A DNA stretch of 64,000 nt from an uncultured Thermoleophilia bacterium. GTDB lineage: Bacteria > Actinomycetota > Thermoleophilia > UBA2241. Shown piece after piece: positions 38,443 to 47,219 of this stretch. The stretch is taken from the NCBI GenBank assembly GCA_963709845.1, contig CAVPXV010000006.1, positions 229,837 to 293,836 on the forward strand, read 5' to 3'. Every line of letters starts with the position of its first letter. The stretch's first letter is position 1. Made by a program: the position numbers and the translations under genes. The notes under the pieces are model-generated. The model ran no database searches and was not told the origin of the DNA. It was given only the letters and a program-made list of their open reading frames with translations.

Positions 38443-40470
38443 CTAGCCAAGGTCGCGCCGCCAGTCCCACTCGGGCGCGATGATCTGCGTGCCCTCGGTC
38501 TCTTCGACCTCGCGCCGCCAGGCCATGCGCTGGCCTACGCTGGCGCGCAGCCGCCAGCGCAGCGTCTTGCTCTCTTCGGCGATCGCCTCCTGCATGCCGG
38601 CGAGCCGACCATACGCGCGCGCCAGCTCCTCCTCGGAGAGCCCGTAGTCGTCCAGACGCGCGATGACCACGGCGAGGTTGTCGGAGATGTCGTGGTACAG
38701 GCCCCAGCTGCGCGAGCAGACGTCGGCCAGGTACGGCACGTCGATCGAGAGGTCGTCGTCGACTTCGCCCAGAGGTACATCCTTGACCAGGGCGATCACG
38801 TCGTGGACGTCCTTCTGGTTGATCTTGCCGATCTGCAACTTGGCGATGAGCGCGTCCACCGGCGAGATCGCGTACTCGTCGATGTCGAGCCGCCCGCGCA
38901 CGTCCACGTCGTGGTCCATACGCATGACGTCCATGAAGATGTCGAGGTGGTCGACGAGGGGCGGCTCGCGCCCGGCCTGGTCACCGCCGGCGTGAGCTTG
39001 CGCGGCGGCCTCCTCGAGCGCCTCCGTCTTGAGGTACTGCAGCTGCCCCGCGTCCGTCGATTGGGTGACGTAGCGGTTCTCCGTGTAGCCCTTGCCGACC
39101 AGTACCTCGTGCAGCTCGCGGCTCTGTGAGGAGAGGGCGACGAGATCGATGTCGGAGTACTCGCGGTCCATGAACGCGAGGTCGACGCAGTGCCGGCGGA
39201 CGGCGAGACCGCCGATGAGGCGCAGCTGCACGCCCTGCAGGCGCGCCGCGTCGATGATGTCCATGGCCTCCGCCATGAGGAGGTCGGCGCGCCGCGTGGG
39301 CGCCTCCCTCGCGCCCGCCCCCGACTTCACGGTGGCGCCCCGGGGCTCGGCGCCCGGCCCCCGCCGCAGTTCCTCGAGCGGGTGCATGACGGCGTCGAGC
39401 ACGTGGCGCGCCAGGTACACGCGCGGCCAGCGTTTCTCCGACCACTCCGCCAGCAGTCCGTTCGCCTCGAGCTCGCGCACGGCGCGGCGGGCGGTGGGGT
39501 TGGTGACACCGAGCACGCGCTGGGCCTCGGGCACCGTCATGCACGGCGTGCGGAAGAGCTCGTCGGCCAGGCGCAGCGCCTGGCCCTTGACCGTGGCGCG
39601 GTCGCGCGCGTAGTGGCTGATCAGCGCGCGCGCCTGGCGAGTGGCGCGGTCCGCCGTCTCGCGCACGCCGTTTGCGAAGAAGACGAGCCACGGCTCCCAC
39701 TCCCCTTGGGTCCGCGCGCGCTGCAGACGCAGGTAGTACTCGTCGCGGTGGCCCTCGAGGTAGGCCGACAGGTAGAGCAAGGGCCGCGCGAGCCGCCGGC
39801 GTTCGATGAGGAACAGCGTGATGAGCAGGCGGCCGAGACGGCCGTTGCCGCCCACAAACGGGTGGATGGCCTCGAACTGGGCGTGCAGGACGGCGCACTG
39901 CACGAGGTCGGGCAAATCGCCGCGGTGCTGCAGGAACCGTTCCCAATCGGCCAGCGCCTCGTGCATCTGCGGCACCGGCGGAGGCACGTAGGTGGCCGTC
40001 GCCAAGGTGGCCCCGGGCGTACCCATCCAGTTCTGGCCGGTGCGGAACTCGCCGGGTGTGCGCGCGCTCCCGAGCTCGCCGCGAAGCAGGCGCTCGTGCA
40101 GGGCGCGCACGAAGTCGAGTGAGAGCTGCTCCTCGCGCAGCCGCTCCACGCCGAAGCGCAGGGTGGCGATGCAGCTGCGTACCTCGCGCAGATGATCGCG
40201 CGGCACGGTGAGCCTGGCGGCCGCGACCTGGTCGAGGAGAAGGTCTGAGAGGCTGACCTCGGCGCCCTCGATGCGCGACGAGCAGAGCGCCTCCTGGCGC
40301 TTGAACGGCGCGTCCAGCAGGTCAGGGTCGGGCAGCTGGCCGTCGACGCCGCTGAGCTCGCCGAGGGCGGCGTCGGCGCGGGACAGGGCCAGCACGAGCT
40401 CGGGAGTGTACGAAAGCCTGGGCGGCAGCGGCGCCGGAACGAAGGCCGCGTAGCCGCCGGGCGTCTCCAC
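38443..40470 (-). CDS. Fic/DOC-family protein (N-terminal inhibitory helix, Fic core, winged-helix) fused to a C-terminal nucleotidyltransferase-like module
   Basis: 675-aa uninterrupted ORF; AFVPAPLPPRL Fic_N-type start, SSRIEG inhibitory motif, Fic motif HPFVGGNGRLGR, wHTH VLGVTNPTARRAVRELEANGLL, then LIGGLAVRRH...SDIDLV...HLDIF module. Confidence 0.8.
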   Translation of the reverse strand: METPGGYAAFVPAPLPPRLSYTPELVLALSRADAALGELSGVDGQLPDPDLLDAPFKRQEALCSSRIEGAEVSLSDLLLDQVAAARLTVPRDHLREVRSCIATLRFGVERLREEQLSLDFVRALHERLLRGELGSARTPGEFRTGQNWMGTPGATLATATYVPPPVPQMHEALADWERFLQHRGDLPDLVQCAVLHAQFEAIHPFVGGNGRLGRLLITLFLIERRRLARPLLYLSAYLEGHRDEYYLRLQRARTQGEWEPWLVFFANGVRETADRATRQARALISHYARDRATVKGQALRLADELFRTPCMTVPEAQRVLGVTNPTARRAVRELEANGLLAEWSEKRWPRVYLARHVLDAVMHPLEELRRGPGAEPRGATVKSGAGAREAPTRRADLLMAEAMDIIDAARLQGVQLRLIGGLAVRRHCVDLAFMDREYSDIDLVALSSQSRELHEVLVGKGYTENRYVTQSTDAGQLQYLKTEALEEAAAQAHAGGDQAGREPPLVDHLDIFMDVMRMDHDVDVRGRLDIDEYAISPVDALIAKLQIGKINQKDVHDVIALVKDVPLGEVDDDLSIDVPYLADVCSRSWGLYHDISDNLAVVIARLDDYGLSEEELARAYGRLAGMQEAIAEESKTLRWRLRASVGQRMAWRREVEETEGTQIIAPEWDWRRDLG

Positions 40471-40552
40471 GATCTCGCCCGCCGCGCCCTCACGGAACTC
40501 GCTGGGATCTATGGCACAGCCCTCGATCGGTCAGATGCCGCGACGCCGATGC

Positions 40553-40594
40553 GCCGACTTTGCAAGCATCTGCCATGAATCTTACAAAGTCGGC
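40553..40594. promoter_or_regulatory. 14-bp inverted repeat (13/14) with 14-nt spacer in the Fic/tatA divergent intergenic region: candidate operator
   Basis: GCCGACTTTGCAAG-catctgccatgaat-CTTACAAAGTCGGC, 83 nt upstream of the Fic start, in a locally AT-richer stretch. Confidence 0.35.
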
Positions 40595-40732
40595 AGCCGG
40601 GCGCAAGCCGGAGCCGGCGCTTCCCGCCCGCGAAATGAACATCGGCGGGCCGCGAGTTGACCGGCGCGGCGGCGGCGCGCACTATCACATCGACTAGCGT
40701 CGTCGCGTCCACCGTGTCTCGGAGGTCCGCCC

Positions 40733-41107
40733 ATGGGCGAAGGTCTGCTCAGCCCGCTCCATCTGCTCATCATCCTCGTCATCGCGTTCGTCTTCTTCGG
40801 GGCCAAGCGCCTGCCCGAGATGGGCAGATCGCTGGGCGGCGGCCTGCGCGAGTTCAAGCGCGGCCTCTCCGGGGTGACCGACGAACTCGACGACACCGCG
40901 CGACTCGCCGGCGCTCAGCCGCCCGCCCAGATAGCGGCACCGACGGCCCCGATCGCGGCACCGACGGCCCCGATCGCTCCGCCCGCGGCCCAGATCGTCG
41001 CGCCGGCGGTCCCCGTCGCTCCGCCCACCGTCACCGTCGTGGAGCCGGCGGTTGACGACCGGCCCGCGACGCAGGCGAGCGGCGCCCAGGAGCCGTCTAC
41101 GGAGTAG
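40733..41107 (+). CDS. tatA: twin-arginine translocase subunit TatA/E with Pro/Ala-rich repeat tail
   Basis: LLIILVIAFVFFGAKRLPEMGRSLGGGLREFKRG is the TatA TM plus amphipathic helix signature; GGAGG SD. Confidence 0.85.
   Translation: MGEGLLSPLHLLIILVIAFVFFGAKRLPEMGRSLGGGLREFKRGLSGVTDELDDTARLAGAQPPAQIAAPTAPIAAPTAPIAPPAAQIVAPAVPVAPPTVTVVEPAVDDRPATQASGAQEPSTE
40931..41056 (+). repeat. six tandem 21-nt (7-aa) repeats inside tatA
   Basis: IAAPTAP-IAAPTAP-IAPPAAQ-IVAPAVP-VAPPTVT-VVEPAVD; the first two units are nearly identical at DNA level. Confidence 0.8.
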
Positions 41108-43985
41108 TCCTTAGCTGCGTCAGCGTCCGGCCCAGGGCCTGGATGTCGCGCGCGAAGGTGGCGAGGTCACCGGCGCGCAGCGCAGCTTGGGCAGCCGCGT
41201 ACTGAGCGTTGGCGCGAGCGATGAGCTTTGCGGCGGCGCTGCTCACCCGGGCCGGCGACGGCGTCGTGGTGCTCCCGCCCTGCGTGCCGGCCGGGGGCGC
41301 GCCTCCGAAGATCTCGCTGAGCGCCTGGCCCAGGGTCGGCGCCATCACCACGTTCTGCTGCTGCCCGGTCGGGAGGTTAGGCGACGCGGACGGCGAGCGG
41401 TAGAAGACGATCACCCGCTGGATCTGCGGCAGCTGCGTCGTCGAGGACTGCAGGTAGAGCGGTTGCACGTAGAGCAACGAATCGGCGATCGGCACGGTCA
41501 GCAGATTGCCGAAGATGACGTGCGAGCCCTGCTGCCCCCACAGCGTGCGCTGCGCGGAGATCACCGGGTCCTGGTTGATCGCCGCCTCCACCTGGGCCGG
41601 GCCGTACACGTTCACGCTGGACGGGAACCCGAAGCTCACGGCTCGGCCGTAGTGAGGGGCATCAGACTCCGCCCCCAGCCAGGAGATCATGTTGGGCCGG
41701 CCGTTGGGGACGAACGGCAGGATGAGCACGAACTCCTCCCTGGTCTGGCCGGGCAGGCGCATGATCATGTAGTAGGCGCTCATCGGGCCCGCGCCCGAGA
41801 TCGAGATGTTGCTCGGGATCTCCCACTGGTTGCCCTTGTTGTAGAGGAGCCCCGGGTCGGTCACGTGATAGGTGGCGAAGACCTGCGCCTGGGTGCGGAA
41901 CAGGTCTTCGGGGTAGCGCACGTGCTGGCGCAGCATGCTCGGCATCGCGGACGCCGGCTGGAAGATGCCCGGGAAGATCTTCTCGTAGGTGCGCAGCATC
42001 GGGTCGCGGGGGTCGAAGACGTAGAAGCGCATCGTGCCGTTGTATGCGTCGATCACGACCTTCACGGAGTTGCGGATGTAGTTGAGGCCGCCGTTTGGAG
42101 CGGAATACGGGATGCGGCTTGTGGTGGTGTAGGCGTCGGCGATCCAGTACAGGCGGCCGCCGGCGATGACCATGTACGGATTGGCGTCGTACTGCAGGAA
42201 GGGCGCCGCCGCCGCAAGCCTGGCGCGGATGTTGTCGTAGATGATCACCCGGCTCTGGCTCGTGATCGCCGAGGTCGTGATGAAGCGCAGGTCACCGAAG
42301 CGGACCACGAACGCCAGGCGGTTGAGGAGCGATCCGATGGGGATGCCGCCGCTGCCGGTGTACTGCGCGTACACGTCGCCGCCGGGGCCAGGGTAGTCGA
42401 AGGCCGGGTCCTTGGTCTTGACGAGCACGTAGTTCGTGCCCAACAGGCCGTAGTAGATGCCAGGCTGGGTCACGGCGAGCGACGGGGCGGATGAGACGCT
42501 GGGCACGTTCTGGACGAGGAAGTCCGGCGCGCCGCCGGAGGCCACCTGATTGACCGCCGACAGCGCCACGCCGTAGCCGTGCGTGTACGTGATGTGCTGG
42601 TTCACCCAGGTCTGCGCCTGAGGCGGCAGGCCCGCCAGGCGCAGCTCGCGCGGGGCCAACATCGTCTGCGTGTACACGCCGTTGACCGGGTAGCGGTCGA
42701 CGCTCACCGTGGTGAACGAGTAGTAGGGACGCAGCTCCTGCAGCTGGCTGTAGCTGCGCAGCAGCACCTGGGGGTCCCACAAGCGGATGTTGCGCACCGT
42801 GACGTTGTTCGTCTGCAACTTGGCGGCCGAGAGGTCGCCGCGCAGCGGGTAGGGCGTCTCGTTGATGGCCGTGAGGCCGTAGGCGGCGCGCGTGGCGGCG
42901 ATGTCGTAGGCGATATACGGCTTCTCCTTGGAGAGCTGGTTGGGGTTCACGACGAGCGCCTGGAACAACGCCGGCACGATTCCGAGCAGGACGACGAGGG
43001 CGGCGAGCCAGATGCCGAAGGCGGCCGGCGGCCACCAGGCGCGGCGGCGGCGCGCGGCGTTGAAGAAGAGGGCGCCGCCGAGCGCGAGGGTGAGCACCAT
43101 CAGCACGCGGATCATGGGCAGGCGCACGTGGACGTCGGTGTAGCCGGCGCCGAACACCGCCCCTGCCGTGGAGTACAGCAGGTCCCACGCCGAGAACAAA
43201 TAGCCGATCCCCCCGACGACGAAGAGCGCGCCGACGAGGGCGGAGAGGTGCGCCACCGCACGCGGCTCGACGTGGAACCCGGTGACGCGCGACATGCTCT
43301 CGGCCACGCGCACCGGCGGCGGGATGCTCGCCCACTCCTGCGCCGTGCGCTGGACGGTGGGCGGCCTGCTGCGCACCTCGAGCCCGCCCAGCGTGAAGTG
43401 GGCGGCGATCGAGATGATGAGCGCGACGATCAGCGTGGCGAACAGGAACGAGACCACGTACTGCCACGCCGGCAGCGTGAAGACGTAGAAGGACAGATCG
43501 TGGTGGAAGATGGGGTCGCGGACGCCGAACGGCACGCCGTTCAGCGCGCGCGCGAACAGGAGCCAGGCGCCGGCGGCGGCGGAGCCCGCGATCACGGCGC
43601 CCACCAACGCCACGACCAGCCCGACGCGCCGCACCCAGCGATAGGCCTCCTCGTGCACGACCTCGATCACGTCGACGCCTTCGACAGGCCGGTACCGTGG
43701 CGCGAGCCGCCGCGCCACCTCGATGTTCCCGAAGACGAGGGCGAAGAAGGCGGCGGCGAACAGCGGCCACACGACGAGTCCGATGGCGAGGCGCTTCCAG
43801 AACACGGTGCGCAGGCCCACCTCGCCGAACCACAGCCACGAGACGTAGAGGCGGGCGACCACGACGACGATGACGATGAGGACGAGGCCGATGGCCACGG
43901 CGAGGAAGACGCGGCGCATGCGTCGCCGGCGGCGGTGCGGCGGGCGGTCCTCCTCGGGTGCGTCGATCACAGTGACCACGCTCAT
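41097..43985 (-). CDS. UPF0182-family large membrane protein
   Basis: 962-aa uninterrupted ORF; N-terminal ARLYVSWLWFGEVGLRTVFWKRL and 7 TM followed by a large extracytoplasmic domain, as in actinobacterial UPF0182 proteins. Confidence 0.8.
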   Translation of the reverse strand: MSVVTVIDAPEEDRPPHRRRRRMRRVFLAVAIGLVLIVIVVVVARLYVSWLWFGEVGLRTVFWKRLAIGLVVWPLFAAAFFALVFGNIEVARRLAPRYRPVEGVDVIEVVHEEAYRWVRRVGLVVALVGAVIAGSAAAGAWLLFARALNGVPFGVRDPIFHHDLSFYVFTLPAWQYVVSFLFATLIVALIISIAAHFTLGGLEVRSRPPTVQRTAQEWASIPPPVRVAESMSRVTGFHVEPRAVAHLSALVGALFVVGGIGYLFSAWDLLYSTAGAVFGAGYTDVHVRLPMIRVLMVLTLALGGALFFNAARRRRAWWPPAAFGIWLAALVVLLGIVPALFQALVVNPNQLSKEKPYIAYDIAATRAAYGLTAINETPYPLRGDLSAAKLQTNNVTVRNIRLWDPQVLLRSYSQLQELRPYYSFTTVSVDRYPVNGVYTQTMLAPRELRLAGLPPQAQTWVNQHITYTHGYGVALSAVNQVASGGAPDFLVQNVPSVSSAPSLAVTQPGIYYGLLGTNYVLVKTKDPAFDYPGPGGDVYAQYTGSGGIPIGSLLNRLAFVVRFGDLRFITTSAITSQSRVIIYDNIRARLAAAAPFLQYDANPYMVIAGGRLYWIADAYTTTSRIPYSAPNGGLNYIRNSVKVVIDAYNGTMRFYVFDPRDPMLRTYEKIFPGIFQPASAMPSMLRQHVRYPEDLFRTQAQVFATYHVTDPGLLYNKGNQWEIPSNISISGAGPMSAYYMIMRLPGQTREEFVLILPFVPNGRPNMISWLGAESDAPHYGRAVSFGFPSSVNVYGPAQVEAAINQDPVISAQRTLWGQQGSHVIFGNLLTVPIADSLLYVQPLYLQSSTTQLPQIQRVIVFYRSPSASPNLPTGQQQNVVMAPTLGQALSEIFGGAPPAGTQGGSTTTPSPARVSSAAAKLIARANAQYAAAQAALRAGDLATFARDIQALGRTLTQLRTTP

Positions 43986-44139
43986 GGCGCAAGTATTCCC
44001 GCAGAGGAGGTGAACGAGCGGTCCGCCTGCCGGCCGCCACTTCTAGCTCAGGCCGGCCAGGGGACGCCGCCGGAAGACCCGCCATACACGGGGCCTGGCA
44101 GCCACCCCGCGCCGCCGCGGCCGGCGCCGCGGAAGTGAG

Positions 44140-44472
44140 TCAGGCGGCCTCGTGCTGCCGCACCCCGCAGTAGCCCTGGATGTGCGCGAGGTGCGCCCTG
44201 ATGATCCGCCGCAGACTCGCCTCGTCGCCGCCGTCCTTGCGCAGCTCATCGGCGTCGTAGCTCACCTTCACCGTGAGCCGCGTCCCCCCGTCGTCCGTCG
44301 CCGCAAACTCGAACTCGCCGTCCAACAGGACGTCGTCGCTGGGGTTCCACTCGATACCGGTGTCCGGGGCCTCGTACTGCCCCAGGGCGCGCCGGAAGAA
44401 GTAGGTGTCAAGGTCGCGTTCGGTCACATCGACCGGGCAACCGATCTTCGCGCTCTCCTCGATGGTAGCCAT
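44140..44472 (-). CDS. hypothetical protein (110 aa)
   Basis: MATIEESAKIGCPVDVTERDLDTYFF... within ORF 44140..44514; compositionally protein-like, no family recognised. Confidence 0.4.
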   Translation of the reverse strand: MATIEESAKIGCPVDVTERDLDTYFFRRALGQYEAPDTGIEWNPSDDVLLDGEFEFAATDDGGTRLTVKVSYDADELRKDGGDEASLRRIIRAHLAHIQGYCGVRQHEAA

Positions 44473-44644
44473 CGCTACTCCCTGGTCGGCTCTCCACAGG
44501 ATGTCTGCGCACATTCTTCCCCCTCGCCGGCAAATCCAAGAGCAGCGCGGTCCGACAACGCCGCCGTGGCAGGGGCCGGCCTTGTGGCCACGGGGCCGGC
44601 GGCCGTATCATCGGCCCCGGCCACCCCCTCCCAAGGGAGAGCGC

Positions 44645-45706
44645 ATGGAACGCATCCGCTTCGAGCGCAGCCTCGAGACAGCGGCCTTCTTCAGCCCACT
44701 CGCCGGCATGGAGTTCGCCGAACAGACGATCGAGGTGCGCCGGGACCCGCTGCTCGGCACCACCGCCATGGTCACTTCCGAACTCGCCACCAAGGAGGAG
44801 ATGTTCTTCGGCACGACCGACTGGGCGCACGCCGAGGCGGTCGCCCGCAGCTCGCGCGAGGGATGCTTCTTCTGCCCCGAGAAGGTGATGCAGACGACCC
44901 CGCGCTACCCGGAGGAGATGCTCACCGGCGGGCGCCTGGCGCGCGGCCGCGCGCTGGTCTTCCCCAACCTCTTCCCGCTGGCGGCGCTCCACGCGGTCGT
45001 GACCTACCCGGGACTGCACTTCCTGCGGCCGTCGGACTTCACCGCGGACCTTCTCGCGGAGGGTCTCGGCGCGGCGGTGGACTTCGCGCGCCGCGCCGAG
45101 GAGACCGTGGCCGATCTGGAGCACCTCGAGGTCTGCTGCAACTACATGCTGCCCGCCGGTGCCAGCCTGGCCCATCCTCACCTCCAGGTGTTCGGCGGAC
45201 GCGCCGTGCCGTGGCTCGTACGGGAGGCGTGGGAGCGCTCCGACGCGTTCCTGCAGAGACACGGCGTGTCCTACTGGCAGACCCTGATCGACGAGGAGCG
45301 GGAGCGCGGGGAACGGTTTGTGGCCGGGCGCGCCGGCGTCGCCTGGCTGACGCCGTTCGCCCCCAACGGCGGGCGCGAGGTCGTCGCCGTCGTGCCCGGG
45401 AGGGCGCGCGTCGCCGCGCTTGGCGACGAGGAGGTCAGCGAGCTGGCCGCGGGGCTCTCCAGGGTGATCGGCTGGTACGAGCGCGAAGGGCTCTCGGCCT
45501 TCAACTTCGCGCTCTCCGGCGGGCCGCGCCGGGAGGACGCGCCACGGGCGCACCCCGTGGTGCTCCGCATCATCGCCCGCTCGGCCTTCCGGCCCGACTA
45601 CCGCGCCGACGACTTCTTCCTGCAGAAGCAGCTCGGCGGCGAGGTGATGTTCGACACGCCCGAGGCTATCGCCGCGACCCTGCGCGAGGAGTTCGGGGTG
45701 CGCTGA
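44645..45706 (+). CDS. galactose-1-phosphate uridylyltransferase-like (GalT/HIT superfamily) nucleotidyltransferase
   Basis: Frame of ORF 44405..45706, ATG 44645 with GGGAG SD; zinc CFFCPEK, active-site SLAHPHLQVFGG (HxHxQ). Confidence 0.7.
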   Translation: MERIRFERSLETAAFFSPLAGMEFAEQTIEVRRDPLLGTTAMVTSELATKEEMFFGTTDWAHAEAVARSSREGCFFCPEKVMQTTPRYPEEMLTGGRLARGRALVFPNLFPLAALHAVVTYPGLHFLRPSDFTADLLAEGLGAAVDFARRAEETVADLEHLEVCCNYMLPAGASLAHPHLQVFGGRAVPWLVREAWERSDAFLQRHGVSYWQTLIDEERERGERFVAGRAGVAWLTPFAPNGGREVVAVVPGRARVAALGDEEVSELAAGLSRVIGWYEREGLSAFNFALSGGPRREDAPRAHPVVLRIIARSAFRPDYRADDFFLQKQLGGEVMFDTPEAIAATLREEFGVR

Positions 45707-45763
45707 CCGGGCGCCGGCGCGACCGGCGCGGTGGTGCGCCCCCGTCCAGCCGGGCGCCGCGCG

Positions 45764-47158
45764 TCAACGGCGGGCGCGCGTGCGCTTGCTCGCGTACATG
45801 CGCCGGTCGGCCTCGCGCAGCAGGTCGCCGATGTCGGCCGCGCCGGCCGTGTGCATGCCCATGCTGGCCGACACGCGCGCCGGGCCGGCGGCCGTCGCGT
45901 TGTGGCGCGCCAGCGCGGCGTCGAGCTTGAGCGCGACCTGCCGGGCGCCCTCAGCGCCAGTGCCCGGCATGAGCACGACAAACTCGTCGCCGCCGTAGCG
46001 CGCCACGACGTCGTACTCGCGGCAGCTCTGCCGCAGGAGCGTGGCCAGATCGATGAGGAGGCGGTCGCCGGCCTGATGTCCCGAGGTGTCGTTGACCGCC
46101 TTCATGCCGTCCACGTCGAGGAAGAGGACGCTCACGGCGCCGCCGTTGCGGCGCAGGTCTTTGGCGGCTCGCTCCAGCGCCAGCTCCAGGTAGCTCCGGT
46201 TGTAGACTCCGGTCAGGCCGTCACGCACCGCCATCTGGTCCTTCTCCTGCATGAGTCGCCGGTTGTCGAGCGCGATGGCGGCCTGGATCGCGAAGGTCCG
46301 CAAGGTCGTCTTCTCGTGCTCGGCGAAGTGTCGCGGCTGCTCGTAGAAGAGGGCGAGGACCCCGTAGGTCGCGCGCTGGCTGCGAAGCGGCGCCGCGAGC
46401 ATCGCTCTGTACTCGCCGGCGCAGAGCGGCTCCGCGTCGGTCCCGGCCGCGCCGACGTCGTCGACGGCCGCCATCTCGTCGTTGAGGATCGCCCGTCCGA
46501 ACACCGAGCCCTCGAGCGGCGCCACGAAGAGCCGCCGGCACCGTTCACTGAGCCCCAGCGTCGTCTGGGCGACGAGCACGTCGCCGTGCACCACGAGCAG
46601 CGCCGCTTTGCGGGCGCCGGCGAGGCGCGCGGCCTCGGCCAGGATCGTCGTCTCCAGCGCCGTCGAGTCGAGGCTGGAGTTGATCGTCTCGGCAGCCTCG
46701 AGCAGGAGCCGTGCGCGGTCGGCCTGACTTTGTCCGCCGCCCGCGAAGGAACGCTCGATCGCGGCGACGACTTGCGCGCCGGCCACCGCGACCGCATAGA
46801 CGTCGCGTGCGCCGAAGGCATGTGGTCGGCTCGCCCGCACGACGAGCACGCCCAATGGGCGGTCAGTCGGTCCGAGAGGGACTCCGAGCAAGGAGCAGGT
46901 CTCGTCGTCGACGATGGTCAGCCGCTCTTCCCAATGGGCCTCGTCCAGCAGATCCTTCGGGAGGGTGTCGGCCCTCGTGCCGTCGTCACCCGGGACCGCA
47001 GGGCAGTGCAGCACCCGCACATCGGACTCGCTACGGTAGGCGATCCAGCCCTCGTCCGCCGCGACGGTCTCCACCACACCGCGCAGCATGGCCCTCAGCG
47101 CGTCGCTCACGTCGCGCGCGAAGTCGGTGGGGGGCAAGCGGTCCTCGGGAGCCGGCAT
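45764..47158 (-). CDS. GAF-GAF-GGDEF diguanylate cyclase
   Basis: 464 aa; two GAF-like regions then DGLTGVYNRSY, LFLDVDGMKAVND, RYGGDEFVVL (GGDEF). Confidence 0.85.
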   Translation of the reverse strand: MPAPEDRLPPTDFARDVSDALRAMLRGVVETVAADEGWIAYRSESDVRVLHCPAVPGDDGTRADTLPKDLLDEAHWEERLTIVDDETCSLLGVPLGPTDRPLGVLVVRASRPHAFGARDVYAVAVAGAQVVAAIERSFAGGGQSQADRARLLLEAAETINSSLDSTALETTILAEAARLAGARKAALLVVHGDVLVAQTTLGLSERCRRLFVAPLEGSVFGRAILNDEMAAVDDVGAAGTDAEPLCAGEYRAMLAAPLRSQRATYGVLALFYEQPRHFAEHEKTTLRTFAIQAAIALDNRRLMQEKDQMAVRDGLTGVYNRSYLELALERAAKDLRRNGGAVSVLFLDVDGMKAVNDTSGHQAGDRLLIDLATLLRQSCREYDVVARYGGDEFVVLMPGTGAEGARQVALKLDAALARHNATAAGPARVSASMGMHTAGAADIGDLLREADRRMYASKRTRARR

Positions 47159-47219
47159 TGTGACTCAGCGGGACTTCTTGGATCTCGCCTGTCCGGGGCT
47201 CCGACGCTTCGCCTTGGGC

